Notes: generated by a model not told the origin, from the sequence alone. A stretch of 50,570 nucleotides of DNA from an uncultured Candidatus Saccharibacteria bacterium (GCA_964639675.1 CAZXEK010000041.1:1-50570), one strand, 5' to 3'; shown: positions 18,073-26,709, numbered from the stretch's first letter. Made by a program: numbers and translations.

Positions 18073-18711
18073 ATGACTGATACTCCTAAAGAACAAGATA
18101 TAAAAGTTGATGTTGTAGTTGCTAGTTCTAATCTACAACCGCAGGTGCCACGACCGCAGGTGAGAAATTCTTTCAACAAGTCTGGGCCGTATAACAAAGG
18201 TTTTGCTTCTGGTAGATCGGGCAATAAACAGGGCGGGAGGGGTAGGAATGCTCTTCGTGGCGACATGGAGCAGAAGGTCTTGTCTATTAGAAGAGTGGCT
18301 CGCGTTATTGCCGGCGGTAAGAGGTTTACATTCTCAGTTTGTTTGGTCATTGGAGATAAGAAGGGTTCAGTAGGAGTTGGTTTGGCTAAGGCCGGCGGTA
18401 CTTCTGAAGCCATAGAGAAGGCGACCAGAGATGCCAAGAAAAATATGTTTAAGGTAAACACAACTAAAACAATGTCTATTCCTCATGAAACGAGAGCGAA
18501 ATATTGCAGTGGGGTTGTCGATTTAAGGCCAGCACCAGGACGTGGTTTAATTGCTGGTAGCGCTCCGAGAGTTGTTTTGGCGCTGGCTGGTATAACCGAC
18601 ATAAATGCCAAAATAATTTCTGGTAGTAAGAATAAACTTAACAATGCCAGAGCGACATGGTTAGCACTAAAGAGTTTATCCCGTCATGGATCGGTTGGGC
18701 AGGTAAAATAA
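18073..18711 (+). CDS. rpsE: 30S ribosomal protein S5 (with ~55-aa low-complexity N-terminal extension)
   Basis: 212 aa. S5 core VLSIRRVARVIAGGKRFTFSVCLVIGD. The N-terminal region is rich in Q, P, G and R. Confidence 0.95.
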   Translation: MTDTPKEQDIKVDVVVASSNLQPQVPRPQVRNSFNKSGPYNKGFASGRSGNKQGGRGRNALRGDMEQKVLSIRRVARVIAGGKRFTFSVCLVIGDKKGSVGVGLAKAGGTSEAIEKATRDAKKNMFKVNTTKTMSIPHETRAKYCSGVVDLRPAPGRGLIAGSAPRVVLALAGITDINAKIISGSKNKLNNARATWLALKSLSRHGSVGQVK

Positions 18712-18715
18712 TTTT

Positions 18716-19156
18716 ATGCAGATACATCAAGTAAAAAGATTACATAAAAATAAGAGGAAGAAGATTATCGGCAGGGGCGGTAAGCGTGGGACTACTTCGG
18801 GTAAGGGTACTAAGGGTCAGAATGCCAGGTCTGGTAGGAAGAAGAGACCAGAGATGCGTGATATAATTAAACGAATTCCTAAATTGCGAGGACGTGGTAT
18901 GAATAGCAATCTCTCTATTCAGATTAAGCCCAGTGCAATAAACTTAAAAGACCTCGAAGTTTTTAAGGAGGGAGAAGTAGTATCACCAAAAACAGTTTTA
19001 AGTAAAGGTTTGGTTAGATTTGAAGGAGGGAAGATCCCAAGGGTTAAAATTCTGGCCGGGGGTGAACTTACAAAGAAATTGAAGTTTGAGTACTGTACTT
19101 TTTCAGATGAAGCCAGAGTAAAGATCGAGAAAGCTGGCGGGACGATCAAAGTTTAA
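18716..19156 (+). CDS. rplO: 50S ribosomal protein L15
   Basis: 146 aa with GRGGKRGTTSGKGTKGQNARSG. Follows rpsE directly, with no L30 gene between them. Confidence 0.95.
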   Translation: MQIHQVKRLHKNKRKKIIGRGGKRGTTSGKGTKGQNARSGRKKRPEMRDIIKRIPKLRGRGMNSNLSIQIKPSAINLKDLEVFKEGEVVSPKTVLSKGLVRFEGGKIPRVKILAGGELTKKLKFEYCTFSDEARVKIEKAGGTIKV

Positions 19157-19157
19157 A

Positions 19158-20432
19158 ATGAAAGTTTTTTGGAATAAAATAAAATTAGTTTGGAATGATC
19201 TCGAGCTCCGTCGGAGGATCCTTTTTGTTTTGGTGATGCTGATTGTCTTTCGTCTTATTTCAAATATCCCCATACCGGGGGTGGATGTCCTCAAGCTCCG
19301 AGAGCTATTTTCTAGCAATCAGTTTCTTGGTTTATTGAATATTTTTTCTGGCGGTGGGTTAAGTAATCTTTCTATTGTAATGTTAGGCGTCGGTCCATAC
19401 ATCACCTCGTCGATTATAATGCAACTTTTAACAATGATCTTTCCAAGGATGAAGGAGATGTATCAAGAAGAGGGACAGGCAGGCAGAAGAAAGTTCGCTC
19501 AGTATTCAAGAATATTGTCGGTTCCGCTGGCGATGCTTCAATCTTTTGGCTTCTTGGTTTTGCTTTCTAAGGAGGGGATTATATCTGCCGAACTCGGAAG
19601 ACTTGGTCAAATTTCTAACGTTTTTATTATAACCGCTGGGTCATTACTTCTAATGTGGATTGGCGAATTAATTAATGAGTATGGTATTGGTAATGGGGTC
19701 TCATTGATTATTTTTTCCGGCATTGTGTCTAGCATCCCAAGTACGATTGCCAAGTTACGTTTTCAGTTCGATCCATCACAGCTACCCATCTACTTGGGCT
19801 TCATCGCCGTAGCAATTGTCATCATTGCCTCGGTTGTTGTTATTACTGAAGCGGAGAGGCCTATCCCCGTTACTTATGCCAAACGAGTTCGTGGTATGAA
19901 GGTCTATGGTGGCACCTCAACTTATTTACCACTTCGATTAAACCAAGCTGGTGTTATCCCTATAATTTTTGCCTTATCCATCTTGCTCTTTCCGCAGATG
20001 ATTGTAAGTTTTCTCGCTAATGTAAATAATACAACTGTGGCTTCGGTGGCCGGATTTTTAAGCAGTCTTTTAAACAATCAGGTCATCTATGGCGTTTCTT
20101 ATTTCTTGCTTGTTGTCCTCTTTACCTATTTCTACACTGCTGTCACTTTCGATCCAGACCAGATAGCTGAGAATCTCCAGAAGGGCGGGGCCTTTATCCC
20201 GGGAGTTAGACCGGGAAATCCAACTTCAGTATACATTGGTAAAATTATTACCAGGCTCACCCTTTTCGGTTCCGTCTTTTTGGGGCTTGTCGCAATTATG
20301 CCACTTATAATGAAAGCTCTGACTGATAACAATAATTTAGCCATAGGTGGTACAGCACTTCTGATTGTCGTCTCTGTTGTTATTGAACTTATCAAACAGA
20401 TTGATGCTCAGGTGGCAATGAGAGAGTACTAG
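19158..20432 (+). CDS. secY: preprotein translocase subunit SecY
   Basis: 424 aa polytopic protein with GIGNGVSLIIFSGI. Canonical position after rplO. Confidence 0.97.
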   Translation: MKVFWNKIKLVWNDLELRRRILFVLVMLIVFRLISNIPIPGVDVLKLRELFSSNQFLGLLNIFSGGGLSNLSIVMLGVGPYITSSIIMQLLTMIFPRMKEMYQEEGQAGRRKFAQYSRILSVPLAMLQSFGFLVLLSKEGIISAELGRLGQISNVFIITAGSLLLMWIGELINEYGIGNGVSLIIFSGIVSSIPSTIAKLRFQFDPSQLPIYLGFIAVAIVIIASVVVITEAERPIPVTYAKRVRGMKVYGGTSTYLPLRLNQAGVIPIIFALSILLFPQMIVSFLANVNNTTVASVAGFLSSLLNNQVIYGVSYFLLVVLFTYFYTAVTFDPDQIAENLQKGGAFIPGVRPGNPTSVYIGKIITRLTLFGSVFLGLVAIMPLIMKALTDNNNLAIGGTALLIVVSVVIELIKQIDAQVAMREY

Positions 20433-20435
20433 TTG

Positions 20436-20441
20436 TATAAT
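20436..20441 (+). promoter_or_regulatory. TATAAT 6 nt upstream of the adk ATG (possible internal promoter)
   Basis: TATAAT at 20436-20441, spacer tattag, ATG 20448. Sits in the 15-nt secY-adk gap. Confidence 0.35.
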
Positions 20442-20447
20442 TATTAG

Positions 20448-21053
20448 ATGAATTTACCACAAACCTTTATCTTTATTGGCAAGTCAGGCAGTGGCAAGGG
20501 GACTCAGGCAGCCTTACTTGCAGAGTATCTTTCAAAGAATGATTCGCGCAGGATTTTTAATATAGAAACAGGAGCTGAATTTAGGAAGTTTGTTAACGGG
20601 AGCACTTATTCCGCCAACATGGCCAAGAGTATACAGGTTGCCGGTGAAAGACAGCCCGACTTTCTCGCTATAAATATGTGGGGTAAACTATTTATAGAAA
20701 ACTTGAAAGAAGACGAGCATATCATTGCCGATGGTTGTCCTCGTTCAAGATTAGAAGCTATGGTACTTGAGACTGCCTTTAGATTTTACAAAAGAGACAA
20801 GCCGTTTATTCTTTATCTCGATATTTCGCATGATTCTGCGACAGACAGATTGATCAAGAGGGGTAGATCTGATGATCAGAAAGAGGCAATTAAAAAAAGA
20901 TTAAAGTTTTTTGAAGATGATGTTAAGCCGGCCGTAGATTTCTATGCAGAAAATTTCGGGTATAATTTTCTAGATATTGATGGTGAGCCAAGTATTGAAG
21001 AGATACATAAGGACATCATCAAGAGGTTGGAAGATAAATGGCGATCACAATAA
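20448..21053 (+). CDS. adk: adenylate kinase
   Basis: 201 aa. P-loop GKSGSGKGTQA, ADGCPRSRLEA and RGRSDDQKEAIKKRL. Canonical position after secY. Confidence 0.88.
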   Translation: MNLPQTFIFIGKSGSGKGTQAALLAEYLSKNDSRRIFNIETGAEFRKFVNGSTYSANMAKSIQVAGERQPDFLAINMWGKLFIENLKEDEHIIADGCPRSRLEAMVLETAFRFYKRDKPFILYLDISHDSATDRLIKRGRSDDQKEAIKKRLKFFEDDVKPAVDFYAENFGYNFLDIDGEPSIEEIHKDIIKRLEDKWRSQ

Positions 21054-21802
21054 AAAATGAAAGAGAGATCGAGATCTTGCGTGAGGGTGGAAGGCGGTTG
21101 TCGATTATCTTGAGGAAGGTTGCCAAGGAAGTAAGGGTTGGCATGACCAAGATTGAGATTGATAAGATGGCAGAGGATCTGATTTTTGCCGGTGGAGATT
21201 TACCAGCTTTTAAGAATTATAAACCAGGTGGCGCTCGAGTAGCATTCCCAGCCGTGTTGTGTATCTCTGTAAATGATGAGATAGTTCATGGTATTCCTAA
21301 TAACTATAAAATTAAGGATGGCGATATTGTGGGTCTAGATTTGGGGATAAAACATCAGGGTTTGTACACCGACATGGCAGTCACTGTAGGTATGGGCAAA
21401 ATAGATTTGGCTTGTCAGAAACTTATTGAGGTTACAAGGGATGCACTTGAAGTTGGGATAAGGGCAGCGATTGGTGGTAATTATACTGGTGATATTGGTT
21501 TTGCTATAGAGTCTTTTGTGAAGCCTTATAGATATGGGATTGTTCGAGAGTTGGCTGGTCACGGTGTCGGACATAAAATTCATGAAGATCCTTATGTTCC
21601 AAATTATGGCAAGCCTCGTAGTGGTGTAAAACTAAAACCAGGAATGGTTTTGGCTCTGGAGCCAATGATCAATCAAGGTGGCGATCAGATTATTTTAGCG
21701 AAGGACGATTTTACTTTTAAAACCCGTGACGGTTCCCACAGCGCACATTTTGAAAAAACGATCTTGATAACAAATGGTGAGCCAGAAATTTTAACAGCTT
21801 AA
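21038..21802 (+). CDS. map: type I methionine aminopeptidase
   Basis: 254 aa with DIVGLDLG, HGVGHKIHEDP, LALEPM and SAHFEKT. Overlaps the adk 3' end by 16 nt. Confidence 0.95.
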   Translation: MAITIKNEREIEILREGGRRLSIILRKVAKEVRVGMTKIEIDKMAEDLIFAGGDLPAFKNYKPGGARVAFPAVLCISVNDEIVHGIPNNYKIKDGDIVGLDLGIKHQGLYTDMAVTVGMGKIDLACQKLIEVTRDALEVGIRAAIGGNYTGDIGFAIESFVKPYRYGIVRELAGHGVGHKIHEDPYVPNYGKPRSGVKLKPGMVLALEPMINQGGDQIILAKDDFTFKTRDGSHSAHFEKTILITNGEPEILTA

Positions 21803-21812
21803 TTTATTTAAC

Positions 21813-22304
21813 ATGCCACATCCAAAAGAAGAGAGGACGTTAGTGATATTGAAGCCTGATTGCGTACAGAGGGGAATTCTGGGGCAGATTATAGAGAGGT
21901 TTGAAAGGAAGGGTTTGAAAATCGCTGGATTAAAAATGGTGCATCTTAGCGATGCGGAGCTTGAGGGGCACTATGAGTTGCATAAGGATAAGCCATTCTT
22001 CGTCTCACTTAAAAAATATATGAAATCTTCGCCAGTCGTGGTGATGGTTGTGACGGGCATTAAGGCTGTTGAGGCTGTCAGATTAATCGTTGGTCCAACT
22101 AAGGGGTATGCAGCAGATGCTGGGAGTATAAGGGGCGATTTTTCTATGAGCGGAAACGTTACCATCGTTCATGCCTCGGATTCGATAGATGCAGGCATTT
22201 CAGAAACAGCCAGACTATTTAAGGAGAGTGAAATCTTTGATTACAATCGGCCAGATTTTGAACATGTTTACGGCGAAGAGGAGTTAGCGCAAGGTGTATT
22301 TTAA
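21813..22304 (+). CDS. ndk: nucleoside-diphosphate kinase
   Basis: 163 aa with ERTLVILKPD and the active-site context NVTIVHASD. Confidence 0.95.
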   Translation: MPHPKEERTLVILKPDCVQRGILGQIIERFERKGLKIAGLKMVHLSDAELEGHYELHKDKPFFVSLKKYMKSSPVVVMVVTGIKAVEAVRLIVGPTKGYAADAGSIRGDFSMSGNVTIVHASDSIDAGISETARLFKESEIFDYNRPDFEHVYGEEELAQGVF

Positions 22305-22359
22305 ATTCCCACGATATGAATTAAGCCACGATCGTGGCTTAATTCATATCGTGGGAATT
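22304..22359. repeat. perfect 56-bp palindrome (28-bp arms, no loop) abutting the ndk stop codon
   Basis: Checked base by base: position p pairs with position 44663-p for every p from 22304 to 22331. The centre is cgatcg. Confidence 0.9.
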
Positions 22360-22389
22360 CTGGGGGCGAAAAGTTATACACATTTTTTC

Positions 22390-22417
22390 TTGAAGAGTGG
22401 GTTAGTAGTTGTATAAT
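22390..22417 (+). promoter_or_regulatory. promoter TTGAAG-16-TATAAT for the sRNA candidate
   Basis: TTGAAG at 22390-22395 and TATAAT at 22412-22417. Confidence 0.5.
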
Positions 22418-22423
22418 TTAAAT

Positions 22424-22588
22424 GAGGTTGTTTGATATATTAAACTAGGTATTTATGCAAGGGAGCCTAACTTTCGTCCCCCGCTTGCGGGGTTGATGTC
22501 GAGGGCACCCACCTGGTCTAAAAACTAGGGCTTAATATCTCAAGGAACCTCTATAAAGAAGTTCACGATTATCTCGTGGGCTTTTTTG
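22424..22588 (+). ncRNA. candidate structured small RNA of unknown class, with its own promoter and terminator
   Basis: Promoter TTGAAG-16-TATAAT at 22390-22417. A 21-bp interrupted closing helix pairs 22424-22448 with 22525-22551. Inner pairing gggagcc/ggcaccc and hairpin 22479-22492. Terminator at 22561-22588. No ORF. A separate promoter for the next gene follows. Confidence 0.35.
22561..22588 (+). terminator. terminator of the sRNA candidate
   Basis: Stem cacga/tcgtg extended by G-U and G-C pairs, then tttttt. Confidence 0.6.
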
Positions 22589-22617
22589 TTGGCAGTTTTT
22601 TGAATATGAGTTATAAT
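22589..22617 (+). promoter_or_regulatory. promoter TTGGCA-17-TATAAT; ATG 22625 lies 7 nt after the -10
   Basis: TTGGCA at 22589-22594 and TATAAT at 22612-22617. Lies immediately after the terminator at 22561-22588. Confidence 0.6.
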
Positions 22618-22624
22618 CTAACTT

Positions 22625-24022
22625 ATGGTAGTGGAAAATCCAAAATTGAGAATAACTTTTTATGGTGGAGCGGGGAGTGTGACCGGAGCGAACTTTCTAT
22701 TGGAGGAGATTTTACCAGATGGCGTAGGACTGAAGATTCTTTTCGACTGCGGTCTTGTTCAGGGTCGTAAACTTTGTGATGGGATTAATTGCGAGAAGTT
22801 TCCTTATGATCCAGCCACGATAGATTATTTGATAATTAGTCATGCGCATTTAGATCATATCGGTAGAATTCCAAAATTAGTTCGTGATGGTTTCAAGGGC
22901 AGGATTTTATCTACCCCCCCAACCAAGGAGATTACGGAAATTATGCTTATAGATAGTATTGGAATTTTAGAGAAAGAGATTAGGGGGACTGGCCAAAAAC
23001 CTTTATACAACGAAGAAGATGTCAATCGCTCCATGGCTTTATGGGACGAGGGGATTCTTTACCATACGGAGTTTAATCTCGGGGACTTCAAGGTCCGTTT
23101 TTTGGATGCAGGGCATATATTGGGTTCAATGATGACTGAGATTGTTTATAGAGGAAAAAAAATAGTTTATACAGGAGATCTTGGAAATAGTCCAAACGTT
23201 TTGTTGAACGACACTGACAAGGTGTCAGACGCTGATTATCTTATCGTAGAGTCTGTTTATGGTGATCGTAATCACGAGGCACATAGCATGAGTCGAGACA
23301 TGCTTGAGGATGCGATTGAAAATACGGTTCGAGCCAAAGGAGTGCTAATGATTCCCGCTTTTTCCATAGAGAAAACTCAAGAGATTTTATTCGAGATAGA
23401 TAGAATGATGGAGGAGAGTCGTATTCCCCTTGTTAAGGTTTTTCTAGATTCGCCATTGGCGATTAAGGTCACAGATATATACAAGAAATACAAGTCTTAT
23501 TTCAATAAAGAGGCTATAGTGGCCGGTATGAATGGTAAGGAAGAGGGCATGTTTGCCTTTCCTCAGCTTGTACGCACATTGAAGACAGAAGAATCTATCG
23601 CTATTAAAAATCAATCCAATCCTAAAATTATTATAGCCGGCTCTGGTATGTCGAATGGTGGTAGAATTCTACATCATGAAAAAAATTATTTGCCGGACAG
23701 ACAGAGTACGCTTCTGGTTACCGGTTATCAGTCGGCGAACACTCTGGGTAGGTTAATTCAAGAAGGTGCGAAGAGTGTTCGTATAATGGGAGAAGATGTC
23801 GAAGTAAGAGCTAAGATTGTCGCTATAACGGGCTATTCTGGTCACAAGGGGTCAGATGACCTTCTTGATTTTGTAGCGCATACAGCTGATAAGGTCAAGC
23901 AAGTCTTTGTGGTTTTGGGAGAACCCAAATCCTCTACGTATTTAGTTCAGAAGATTAGAGACAATCTAGCTGTTGAGGCGACGACTCCAAGTTATGGAGA
24001 AAGTTTTGAATTAAGTGTATAG
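22625..24022 (+). CDS. metallo-beta-lactamase / beta-CASP family RNA-metabolising hydrolase (RNase J/CPSF-like)
   Basis: 465 aa with MBL motif HAHLDHIG, DAGHILGS, and a beta-CASP-type C-terminal region (GYSGHKG). Confidence 0.85.
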   Translation: MVVENPKLRITFYGGAGSVTGANFLLEEILPDGVGLKILFDCGLVQGRKLCDGINCEKFPYDPATIDYLIISHAHLDHIGRIPKLVRDGFKGRILSTPPTKEITEIMLIDSIGILEKEIRGTGQKPLYNEEDVNRSMALWDEGILYHTEFNLGDFKVRFLDAGHILGSMMTEIVYRGKKIVYTGDLGNSPNVLLNDTDKVSDADYLIVESVYGDRNHEAHSMSRDMLEDAIENTVRAKGVLMIPAFSIEKTQEILFEIDRMMEESRIPLVKVFLDSPLAIKVTDIYKKYKSYFNKEAIVAGMNGKEEGMFAFPQLVRTLKTEESIAIKNQSNPKIIIAGSGMSNGGRILHHEKNYLPDRQSTLLVTGYQSANTLGRLIQEGAKSVRIMGEDVEVRAKIVAITGYSGHKGSDDLLDFVAHTADKVKQVFVVLGEPKSSTYLVQKIRDNLAVEATTPSYGESFELSV

Positions 24023-24037
24023 TATTAAGATAAACAT

Positions 24038-24691
24038 ATGAATGAATCATTAGAAAAAAATCACAATAAACATGCCCACCTGCAGATTAAGATTGCTATG
24101 TCTGGAGCTGCGGAGACCACACACTTAACAGCCGAAGATTTAAAATTATGTGAAGAGATTGGGCGAGAAGTTGTTCGTCACGGAGCTGTTTTGGTTAGCG
24201 GGGCCACCACTGGTGTACCACTATGGGCAGCTAAGGGGGCGAAGTTGGAGGGTGGTGTGTCTGTAGGGCTCTCTCCTGCTAACGGAGAGCGGGAGCATGT
24301 AGAGCTTTACAAGCTCCCGCTTGAATACATGGATTTTATAATCTATACCGGCTTTGGTTACGTCGGTCGTGATATTCTGTTAACTCGCACTTCCGATGCT
24401 GTCATAATAGGCCCAGGAAGAATTGGGACGATACATGAGTTTACTGTTGCTTTTGAAGATAAAAAACCAATTGGTATTTTGACCGGCCCTTGGGATACTG
24501 ATGATATAATTAGAGAAATTATAGAGAAAAGTCATAGAAAAAATGAGGGTAATAAAATTATTTATGATTCAGATCCCAAGAGCCTAGTTCAGAAAATTAT
24601 TGACCTTGTAGAGAAGGATAAAATTGATGTGATGAAAAATTCCCCCATTCGGGAGTTTGATGCTAATTCGTTATCTGGGGCGGGGCTTTAA
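24038..24691 (+). CDS. LOG/TIGR00725-like Rossmann-fold protein
   Basis: 217 aa with IAMSGAA, VSGATTGVPLWAAKGA and PGRIGTIHEF. The family call is tentative. Confidence 0.6.
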   Translation: MNESLEKNHNKHAHLQIKIAMSGAAETTHLTAEDLKLCEEIGREVVRHGAVLVSGATTGVPLWAAKGAKLEGGVSVGLSPANGEREHVELYKLPLEYMDFIIYTGFGYVGRDILLTRTSDAVIIGPGRIGTIHEFTVAFEDKKPIGILTGPWDTDDIIREIIEKSHRKNEGNKIIYDSDPKSLVQKIIDLVEKDKIDVMKNSPIREFDANSLSGAGL

Positions 24692-24697
24692 AAAGAC

Positions 24698-24725
24698 TTG
24701 CTTTTTTGTTTTTGATATGTATAAT
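24698..24725 (+). promoter_or_regulatory. infC operon promoter TTGCTT-16-TATAAT
   Basis: TTGCTT at 24698-24703 and TATAAT at 24720-24725. An in-frame ATT lies 7 nt after the -10, and TTG 24757 lies 31 nt after it. Confidence 0.55.
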
Positions 24726-24756
24726 TATCTAAATTGTTGGTTTCCAAAAACTTAAC

Positions 24757-25272
24757 TTGAAAGATAGATTTAAGGTAAATAATCAAATAAGAGCATCTGA
24801 GGTTAGGGTGATCCAGGAAGATGGTCAGAATTTGGGTGTTATGTCAACCGTCGATGCGATATCTCTTGCTAGGGATAAGGGGGTTGATTTGATTGAGATT
24901 TCTGATAAAACCAGTCCACCTATTGCAAAAATAATGGATTATGGTAAGTTTCAGTATCTGGAAAACAAAAAGGCTAAGGTTATCAAGAGTAAGAATAAGT
25001 CCCTAGAAACTAAGGCGATCCAAGTCAAGATAGGAACAGGGGATCATGATCTTCAGCTCAAATCAGAGATGGCTTCGAAGTTTTTGAAAATGGGGCATAG
25101 AGTTAAGATCAACCTATTTCTTCGAGGTAGAGCCAAATATCTGGATCCAAAATTTTTAAGAGAGAGAATGGGAAGAATTCTTAAATTTATTACTGAAGAA
25201 TATAAAGTTGTCGAGAACATAAGAGCGAGTTTAAATGGTTTAAGTCTTGTTATAGAGAAGAATAAAAAATGA
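24757..25272 (+). CDS. infC: translation initiation factor IF-3
   Basis: 171 aa with NNQIRASEVRVI and PPIAKIMDYGKFQY. No in-frame ATG is available. The start is TTG 24757, or ATT 24733. Confidence 0.95.
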   Translation: MKDRFKVNNQIRASEVRVIQEDGQNLGVMSTVDAISLARDKGVDLIEISDKTSPPIAKIMDYGKFQYLENKKAKVIKSKNKSLETKAIQVKIGTGDHDLQLKSEMASKFLKMGHRVKINLFLRGRAKYLDPKFLRERMGRILKFITEEYKVVENIRASLNGLSLVIEKNKK

Positions 25273-25454
25273 AAACAAATAAATCATATTCCAAGCGTTT
25301 GAAGGTTACTAAGAATGGTAAGGTTTTGTCTAGGAGGGCTGGGAAGGATCATTTTAACGCCAAGAGCAGTCGAGGTAAGCAGTTGGCCGGAAAGAGAATG
25401 GTCCCTTTTATAATTAAGCATAAATTATTAAAACAACTTTTGAAGAGTAACTAG
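25269..25454 (+). CDS. rpmI: 50S ribosomal protein L35
   Basis: 61-aa basic protein between infC and rplT. ATGA overlap with the infC stop. Confidence 0.9.
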   Translation: MKTNKSYSKRLKVTKNGKVLSRRAGKDHFNAKSSRGKQLAGKRMVPFIIKHKLLKQLLKSN

Positions 25455-25490
25455 TTTTTAATTTTTATCTTTTAGTTTTAAATTTAAGTT

Positions 25491-25811
25491 ATGACCAGGG
25501 TTAAAAAGGGTGTAAATGCCCTAAAGAAGAGACGAAATATACTTAAGCAGGTTAAGGGTTATCGTTTTGGTAGAGGTACCAAGGAGAGGATGGCTAAGGA
25601 TGCTATTTTGCATGCTGGCAGAAGCGCCTTCGCTCATCGGAGGAGAAAGAAGAAAGATTTTAGGAGACTCTTCCAGGTTAGAATTAACGCCGAAGCTCGA
25701 GTTAATGGTTTAAGTTATAGCAAACTAATTGGTCTTTTGAAAAAGGACAGTATTATTTTAGACAGGAAGGTTCTATCAGGGATAGCTAACGAAAGCCCAA
25801 AGACTTTTTAA
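25491..25811 (+). CDS. rplT: 50S ribosomal protein L20
   Basis: 106 aa with RVKKGVNALKKRRNILKQVKGYRFGR. Confidence 0.95.
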   Translation: MTRVKKGVNALKKRRNILKQVKGYRFGRGTKERMAKDAILHAGRSAFAHRRRKKKDFRRLFQVRINAEARVNGLSYSKLIGLLKKDSIILDRKVLSGIANESPKTF

Positions 25812-25851
25812 CGAATAGTAGCCACTGCCACAGCGGGGCAAGTTAAAGTCG

Positions 25852-26709
25852 GTGGTCCAAAATAGAAATCCAGTAGGCGCTCATTTTTCAGTAAGCAAGG
25901 GCTACCTTGAGTCTTTTAAGGAGGCTGTTTCTATTGACGCAGATGCGATGCAGATCTTTGCCAAGAGTCCAATGCAGGCAAGACTTCGATCGGTTACCCC
26001 AGATGAATCTAGATCAGTTAAAGATTTTGAAGATAGAAAAAAAATCAGATCTTTTGTAATTCACGCTTCTTATCTTTTAAATTTTTCCAAGCCAGTAAGT
26101 TCAGACTCTTACGAGATTAAATCTTTAGTTGAGGATATTTTTAACTCCGAGGCACTTGAGGGAATCGGCGCTGTTGCTCATTTGGGGAAGAGTCTTGAAA
26201 TGACTAAAGATGAGGCGATTGCTAATTACGTAGAAAATATTAAGATAGCGGTTAAAAAGACAGACGGAGCTAAATCAGCGGTGATCTTAGAGAATACGGC
26301 TGGTCAGGGTACCGAGATCGGATATAACTTTGAAGAGCTGGGATATATTTATAAAGAGATCGGCGGTAAAAAAAGAGTTAAGTTCTGCCTAGACACGGCA
26401 CACATGTTCGGCGCGGGTTATGATTTGAGAGATAAAAAAACTGTCAAGGAGACTCTGAGCGGGATCGATAAATTTCTAGGTGTGGAGAATATCGGGTGTA
26501 TCCACCTCAATGACTCCAAAAAAGTTTTTTCTTCCCGTGTAGATAGGCATGAAGATGTCGGACGCGGAACAATAGGCGAAGTCGGTCTTAAGAGTTTCAT
26601 ATTAGAGCTGCGAGAACTTGGCGGAGATGAGATACCTTTGATATTAGAAACTCCGGAAGGTTTTGATACATACAAAAAACAGATAAAGAAAGTTAGTAGT
26701 TGGTTTTAA
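25852..26709 (+). CDS. nfo: deoxyribonuclease IV (AP endonuclease family 2)
   Basis: 285 aa with HASYLLNF, LENTAGQG, CLDTAHMFGAGYD and HLNDSK. GTG start. Confidence 0.9.
   Translation: MVQNRNPVGAHFSVSKGYLESFKEAVSIDADAMQIFAKSPMQARLRSVTPDESRSVKDFEDRKKIRSFVIHASYLLNFSKPVSSDSYEIKSLVEDIFNSEALEGIGAVAHLGKSLEMTKDEAIANYVENIKIAVKKTDGAKSAVILENTAGQGTEIGYNFEELGYIYKEIGGKKRVKFCLDTAHMFGAGYDLRDKKTVKETLSGIDKFLGVENIGCIHLNDSKKVFSSRVDRHEDVGRGTIGEVGLKSFILELRELGGDEIPLILETPEGFDTYKKQIKKVSSWF

Noticed and set aside
22576-22770. A 64-aa ORF overlapping the 5' end of the beta-CASP gene.
   Set aside because: It starts inside the terminator/promoter region, lies out of frame with a strongly supported gene, and has no independent signals.
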